Positions 57,888 through 64,000 of a DNA stretch of 64,000 nucleotides are shown one piece after another. The position numbers and the translations under genes are program-made. The stretch covers positions 4,074,490 through 4,138,489 of the forward strand of contig OZ316893.1 in assembly GCA_973895155.1 (NCBI GenBank), in the 5' to 3' direction. Each line of letters starts with the position of its first letter. Position 1 is the stretch's first letter. The notes beneath the pieces are model-generated. The model worked only from the letters and a program-made list of their open reading frames with translations. It did no database searches and had not been told where the DNA came from. The DNA comes from Marsupella aquatica (lineage: Eukaryota > Plantae > Marchantiophyta).

Positions 57888-60800
57888 GCGGAAGAGTTGT
57901 TTTCAATCGCGATTCGATAATTAGAAGAGGCGGGTCCGTCTATCGGTATGTCGTGCGGTATATACTTCCTTGATCAGTCGGGTCCCCATTCTTCTTGTCT
58001 GCTATACTGAACTCGACGCGCCTTGAAGCCTCAATGCCTTTGCCCGTAAACATTCTTTCAATTGAGTCGTTGTTTCAGAATCTACCGAGTTTCAATTCGG
58101 GTTGACGTGTTAGTGAACTTCTGTGCGCATCTCCATTCTCCACAGATCATACATTCACTCAGTTCAGATGACAGTACTTTTCGATCAAACTGCACTGCTA
58201 CCGTGTTCTGAGGCCGGGCTGTCGTTCCGGAATCTCAATCATTGAAACCTGCAACCTCCTTTTTTTCTGGAGTGTAAGTGAGTGTTCCATTGTAAAGCTA
58301 CTCAAGTGTGAGAAACTGTTTTCACCAAAATTCTCCGGTCAGAATCACAGTTGTGCACCGGATGGGGGCTGGTCAAACGAGCAACCACGCGAAGTGCCTG
58401 GCCAGAATGATGTTCTTCCCTCGTTACGAACCAGCACAGACCGACATGATCCCCTTCAACCTTTAAGTATACATAGGATTCCACTTACGACAGCTCAGCT
58501 TTTGCTCCCTAGAGTTTCTCTCGTCTGGCGGTTCGAGACCCGAATTAAGATTGACCTCATCCCCGACCTCAACGTTAGAAAACTCTTCTCATAGACACAG
58601 TCCTGTTTGATCAGGAAGTAACCAGTAGGACAAACATGAGTGACCCTCGATAAATTTTCCCTCAGTATAGTGTACTGGAGTACTTGTCAGGAATTCCAAA
58701 GTACAGTCGAGACGTCCGACCATCGCGAGCTGTGGCAATCATTATCGAGTCTTCATTCTCAATCTGAATCTTCGAGTCTTCCAGAGATATACTTGATGGA
58801 CTTCCAAAAGGGACTTGGATCGAAAAATCTTGACGAATCCCCCCTTCCCCCGTTGATGCCCTCCAAAAAGAAAGTACTGTATTCGCTTGCCAAGGTACTC
58901 ATTGGCAGTTGGCACTATGTGTTACTTGCATCTCCGTACAATGATTTTGCACGAACTACTGGAATGGAGTTATCATTCGATCTGGTTACTCACTAAACTA
59001 TGTTCAGCTATGTGAGTTAAATCTACGTCAAGTTAATGCTCCTTCACTTTCACGAGGCACAAGTTAATGCTCCTCCACTTTCACGAGGCGCCGCACACTG
59101 CCCGTCCCAGTCCCCGATGGTACTGCCCGTTGCGGCCCAAGTATTTAACTCAGGATCAAAAAAGTCCCCTAGGATACTTTTGTTGTGCAACACATACCAA
59201 TACAATGGACTGCAATAAATGAACTGCAATAGTAGACTTCTATATAATTTCTTTTGTTCTAAAGAGACCAAAACAAAATACAATGTATTGTGTACAGATT
59301 TGTATTCAGGCCAGATCATGATGGCAAGAGATGAGAAGACCACTTAATGCTTTGTCTTTTGTGTTAGTTCATTCTTTGTTTTTATTCACTTTGTTTATTT
59401 TAAGCAAAGTATATTTAATACTTGCTCTCTTAAGTTCAGCCTAATGTGACCAAACCCCCTTTGGTCACGGGCCTGGTTTGATCTGGTTTCCAGGGAGGGC
59501 ATCAACATTGAAATAGGATTACAGTTTATCTACATATATATTGAGGAGGACGAGGGAGGAGAGGGCTATGGGAGTGAGGGCCACTTTACAAGAAGGGCGC
59601 GGCAATGTGAGTGCTTTCTACCAGGGCTGTAACAGAGCCCAGCTTTTAGTGTACGGTGAGACTCTAGACTAATCCAACATAGGAATTGTAGGAGAAAGTT
59701 GTCTGCCCATTTTCGCACCTCCGGAGGTTCGACAGTCTAGCGCCTGGATGTGAATCCCGAGCTGGCTGGCCCAAGCTGATCCATACCAGAATGCAGGTGC
59801 AGTCGTCCCCGAACTTGCCGCACCAGTCTTCTAGAGCAAGGAGGCTAAAACAATAGTTGTGAATGATTTGAACTTGAAAGTGTGGTCGTTCTCGCAGCTC
59901 AATTTGTTACGCTAGACTTCTAAAGCAAGGAGTGCCTGGGCAGGTTAAAACTGGGCAGGTTAAAATAACGGTTGCGATTGATTTGATCTTGAAAAACGAG
60001 GATTAAATTGTCGCGCTCTTCTTGTAAAGTGGCCCAGAGATACTCCGCTCGCAAGGAGAGCTAGCCCTAAGCAGAACCGGGAAGGCGCCCAGCCAAGAAG
60101 AAGCTCTTTAGTTCTGGTGGGCCCCCTAGAAAATGGCTGCCGCGGCATAATGGATGGAGATGCCAAGTCTGTTCCAGGACTTCCTCACGTGGAATTTATA
60201 TCTTTTCCGACAAGATCTAATGGCCACTGTGGGCCGAGGCTCCGAGCACGAACGTGGGACATTCTGGCGCTGGCAAATTTTTGCTCTAGTGATAAATGAG
60301 GATGGACAGCAAATTCCTGAGGGAAACTCGGTAGATGCAGAAGCTCGGAGGAGGAATGGATTTTGTACAACAGATGGAATGAATTTGAAGAGCTCTCTGC
60401 GAGTTGAGCCGCCAACAAGGGCAGAAAGGCATCAATATTTTATTCGTTTCTTCTTGGAGACGATGTCAGACAGGCCACTGTCCGCACAATTTGTTTGTTC
60501 CAGATTTTCAGTACACTAGAGTAGATCCTGGACTGGATGACTGGATCAGTATCCAGGAATGAACGTAACGTCACGTCACGTCACGGCAGCGCAGCGCACA
60601 CGGTTGGATCATCATGGGCATTTTATTCGGCAAGGCTTAATTCGCTTCCCTTCACATTGCTGTCTCAGAGCAGAAGGCCCGGGATGAATTCCACCAGTCC
60701 GGGCCACGCATAGTAATCCTACAGGTAGATGCGGGATACACTACGTCGTTGAGCCACCCCGGGGGAATCGATGTCCTTATTTATTAGCTTCCTTCACACA

Positions 60801-62017
60801 TGAATTTGATTGCCCTTCTTGCACTCAGGTTTGTCCACCCGGATCGGCCGAAGATCCATCCATAGGCAGCGGCACGCATGTTGTGTCTACTCCGTGTCTT
60901 TCTGGCGAATAAATTGTCTCTACTTTTCTCGGAAACGTGAGTACTGGACATTACGGTATACAACTTCAAAGCGCTATGACAAACGAGATTCAGGATTTGC
61001 TGTTTGACTGTGGATTTACATTCTCGCTTATATCAATCAGCTGGAGCAATTTATGAGTAGCATATTGTGACAGTTTGTGGATCATGGAACTGGTTCGGGT
61101 GAGGTTGCACAACCTAAGTATCGATGTGTCCGCTTGCGCATTGCTGAGTCCGATTTGAGAGGAACATGCATAATTATTATGATGAATTTGACGTTCAGTC
61201 TGTGTCGAGCTACGTTGAAAGAGTCTCATGATAGGAGTTCAGGTTTTAAAATTGTTTTTCAGCTTAGTTCAATGAACTGGAGCAACTTATTAGTAGATTG
61301 TTGCGACAGTTTGTGGCCATTTGCTACACTTGCAAATGAGACCAAATGGACTTGGAATACAATCAGTTGTCGAATTTCAGTCACTGACAATAATGTTTTA
61401 ATTTGTTGTTTTCCTGTTGTTTCCGATTGCGCTGGTGTCAGAATTTTCAAGTTATTGAATTTGGTGTCTGGCGGGAATCCTGGTAATCTGCAGTCAGACG
61501 AAGGAATCGGGAGACTTATTTCTTGCCAGATAATTCAAGCCCGTCTGTACTTTCTCCTTACATTTGCAGTTTGCAATTTATAGCGCAGGGAGACGGAAAC
61601 AAGCTGTAGAATTTCTTTTTAAGCATATTTGTGTAATGAAGAATGATGCTAGTCTTGGATAGAAAGAACGGGTCGTGGGGAATCTAAGTACCCGGGAGAG
61701 GCAAGAAAAGCCAAAGAAATCATGCCCGTGATTACAGGAACGCCCAAGCACCAAACTAATCTACACAGCACCTAACATCGTCTACCTAACAAGCAGCACA
61801 GGTCACCACCTAACAAGGAGGAAGGCAGCAATGTCAACAAGATGACTCGCGAATGATGCTGCTGGGAGATTGCTGATGGAATACCGTCTCGGCGCAGATG
61901 GAAGCAATGCAAGAGGCGGAGGGCTTGATGAGAAGCACTGTTCAAAGAGGAGGAAAAACGAGGGTTATAAGGGATTCCCTTAAATCCAATTGAGGAATTG
62001 AGGCTTGCATAACATCG

Positions 62018-63698
62018 ATGGCTGTGCCTGTAAGGCGTGAGTTGCATCCCGCTGAGTCGGCCGGTGTCGGAGCACTCTCAGGTATCATAGAGGTTCTGCT
62101 TCAGCAACCTTCTGTTTCTATCAAGAACTCCATACAGGTAAGTAGTTTATTGCCTCCAACTCTGTCAGTAGCTACTATGGCTGTTCAGACGCTCGACCCA
62201 ATTCCCGATTCAGGGACTTGTTCGTATCGACCTTATGGACACACTACTGTTTTAAAGTATTCAGTTATGTTGTCTCGATGCCTCGACGAGTGAGGTCGGG
62301 GACAGGTTATCATAGACCATTTCAAACTTGTCTAAGAGAGTTCTTCACTCAGAATTCTCATTCACTAGAAGTTTGCATAATAAGTTTGAGATTCTCTAGT
62401 GATATGATTGACCCAGTCCAAGAATTTGTGACTCTTGTTATTCTGCGAAGAACTTAGTCAATTGTGAAACTGCGAGTCTTAGCAAGACATCTACGTTCAA
62501 CCGCATGGTCTGAACTCCATCGAAATTAATCTACGACAGGGTTCAGATATGAAATTATATCTTTTATTCGGAGTCATTGTGAGGCGTGCAATTTAAACAT
62601 GAAAGAGCACCACCTGCTATAAATTGAAATCCAGAATATCCTACAGAGACTTGGTAAGTTTATTGTTGATGTAAACACTCAAAATCAACACAAGCGTACG
62701 CCAAGAACCGGTATAAGCTATGGGAAGTGGCCAATTTTTCATAGAGAACTATCATCACGCCAAGCAATATTAAACACCTGATAGCATAAGCTATTGTTCT
62801 TGAAATCAGAGGGTCGACTGGAGCCCTTCCAGACAAATTTGCAGCACTCCGATTCAGAATTGAGTAATCTTTTGACGCTGGACACGGACTTAAGATATTA
62901 TTTCCGCGACTACGGTCATCTCTTGAAGTGGATTGGTGATTTTCGAGTCTCTTACAATACTTAAAAAGCCTGTATTTGGTTACTGTTGGCTAACTTGCAA
63001 TTGAATTGAGCTACTGTTTTTCTTTCAGGATAAAAAGCCAATCACCTTCGATCCTAGAGTTTTGTATAGAGGGGTCGGGATCAATGCCACCAGTATAGCG
63101 CCGATCATTGCCATTCAATTTGGGTTCAGCAGTTTTTTGCAAAGGAGCTTGACAAGTAAGGCAGCATGCACTTCAGTTTTGCAATCCCACCTTTGAAATG
63201 AATTAATGCACATTGAGCAGTTTTCTGCAACGGAGCTTGGCAAGTAGGCAGGCCTTCACGTTAGTTGCAATCCCAGTTCAGAATGAAGTAATGCACACAC
63301 AGAGAACTGTCTCGTAGCTGCTCTGAAGTTTCCAAATATGCACTGCAGGATTCTAGACAATCGTTTATTTTCTCATTTTTAAATTCAGATGGAAAGTCAC
63401 TGAGGCCAAACCTTTATTTCAAAAGCGAGATGCCAGGGATTCTCGGCTGTGTGGGTGCTCGTCCACATACGGGTCCATGTTGTAGATAGAAGAAATGAGT
63501 TTTGGGGCTTAACTTTCAGATAATCCGACTGCGCTTCAGACGGGAGCCATGGCTGGAGCAGCGGGGATGGTTTCAGCCTTGTGCTCTGGCCCTGCTGAGC
63601 TTCTCATGATTCAGCAACAAAGATCGGGACTGAGTTTTGTTAGGCAAGCGCATGCTGTGGCTAGTAAGCACGGTTGGCTTTCAATCTTCAGGGGATTG
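62018..63698 (+). CDS. Mitochondrial carrier family (SLC25) protein, 5' part; exons 62018-62137, 63030-~63155, ~63520-63698, continuing beyond the window
   Basis: GALSGIIEVLLQQPSVSIKNSIQ | DKKPITFDPRVLYRGVGINATSIAPIIAIQFG | AGAAGMVSALCSGPAELLMIQQQ...HGWLSIFRGL show carrier repeats with YRG/FRG motifs and GT-AG junctions. Confidence 0.85.
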
Positions 63699-64000
63699 GT
63701 ACGGAACTCCGTCTGCCCATTAGATTCTTAAGCAGACTGAAGGCCTGAATTTTGTCGTCTTAACAAGCAACTTGAGTTTATCGTTTTGTTGTATTGAAAA
63801 TTGCTTATCTCTGTCTGCCCAATAGATTCTTAGATAGAATGAAATCCTGCATTTTGAAGCAACTTGAATTCTTCGTTTTGTTGTGTTGAAAATTTCTTAT
63901 CATGGATAAGTTGCAGCTGAATAGAGATGATCTCGTCTCATACTAGACGCTTTAGACAGATGTCTAGATTGACGCTAAATTTGTATCTTTAGGGCACTTT

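Noticed and set aside
58100-59000. Possible pseudogene on the minus strand
   Set aside because: Short ORF fragments with no motif I can recognise.

Overview
Eukaryotic, intron-rich land-plant genomic DNA. A bryophyte or other non-seed plant is inferred from gene content, not proven. Five spliced host genes can be assembled by eye: COP9 signalosome subunit 7 (+), an ANTH-domain/Raf-like kinase fusion (-), a WAT1/UMAMIT (EamA) transporter (-), an Agenet/Tudor + AT-hook chromatin protein (-), and a mitochondrial carrier (+) that runs off the window end. There is also a closely spaced tRNA-Leu(AAG)/tRNA-Leu(CAA) pair. The intergenic DNA is rich in mobile elements. The standout is a decayed, intron-containing Crypton/DUF3504-like tyrosine recombinase gene (~22.5-25.7 kb, -) whose catalytic motifs are still readable. 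It lies next to a tRNA-like Pol III cassette and a ~128-bp tandem array, and two A-tailed insertions with similar target-site duplications land in this neighbourhood. Also present are a 380-bp TIR element with an 8-bp TSD carrying a tRNA-like core, ~2.2-kb-spaced repeat units ending in a hairpin + 'ctgaact' motif, and copia and non-LTR RT remnants. All coordinates and translations were read manually and no database searches were run.
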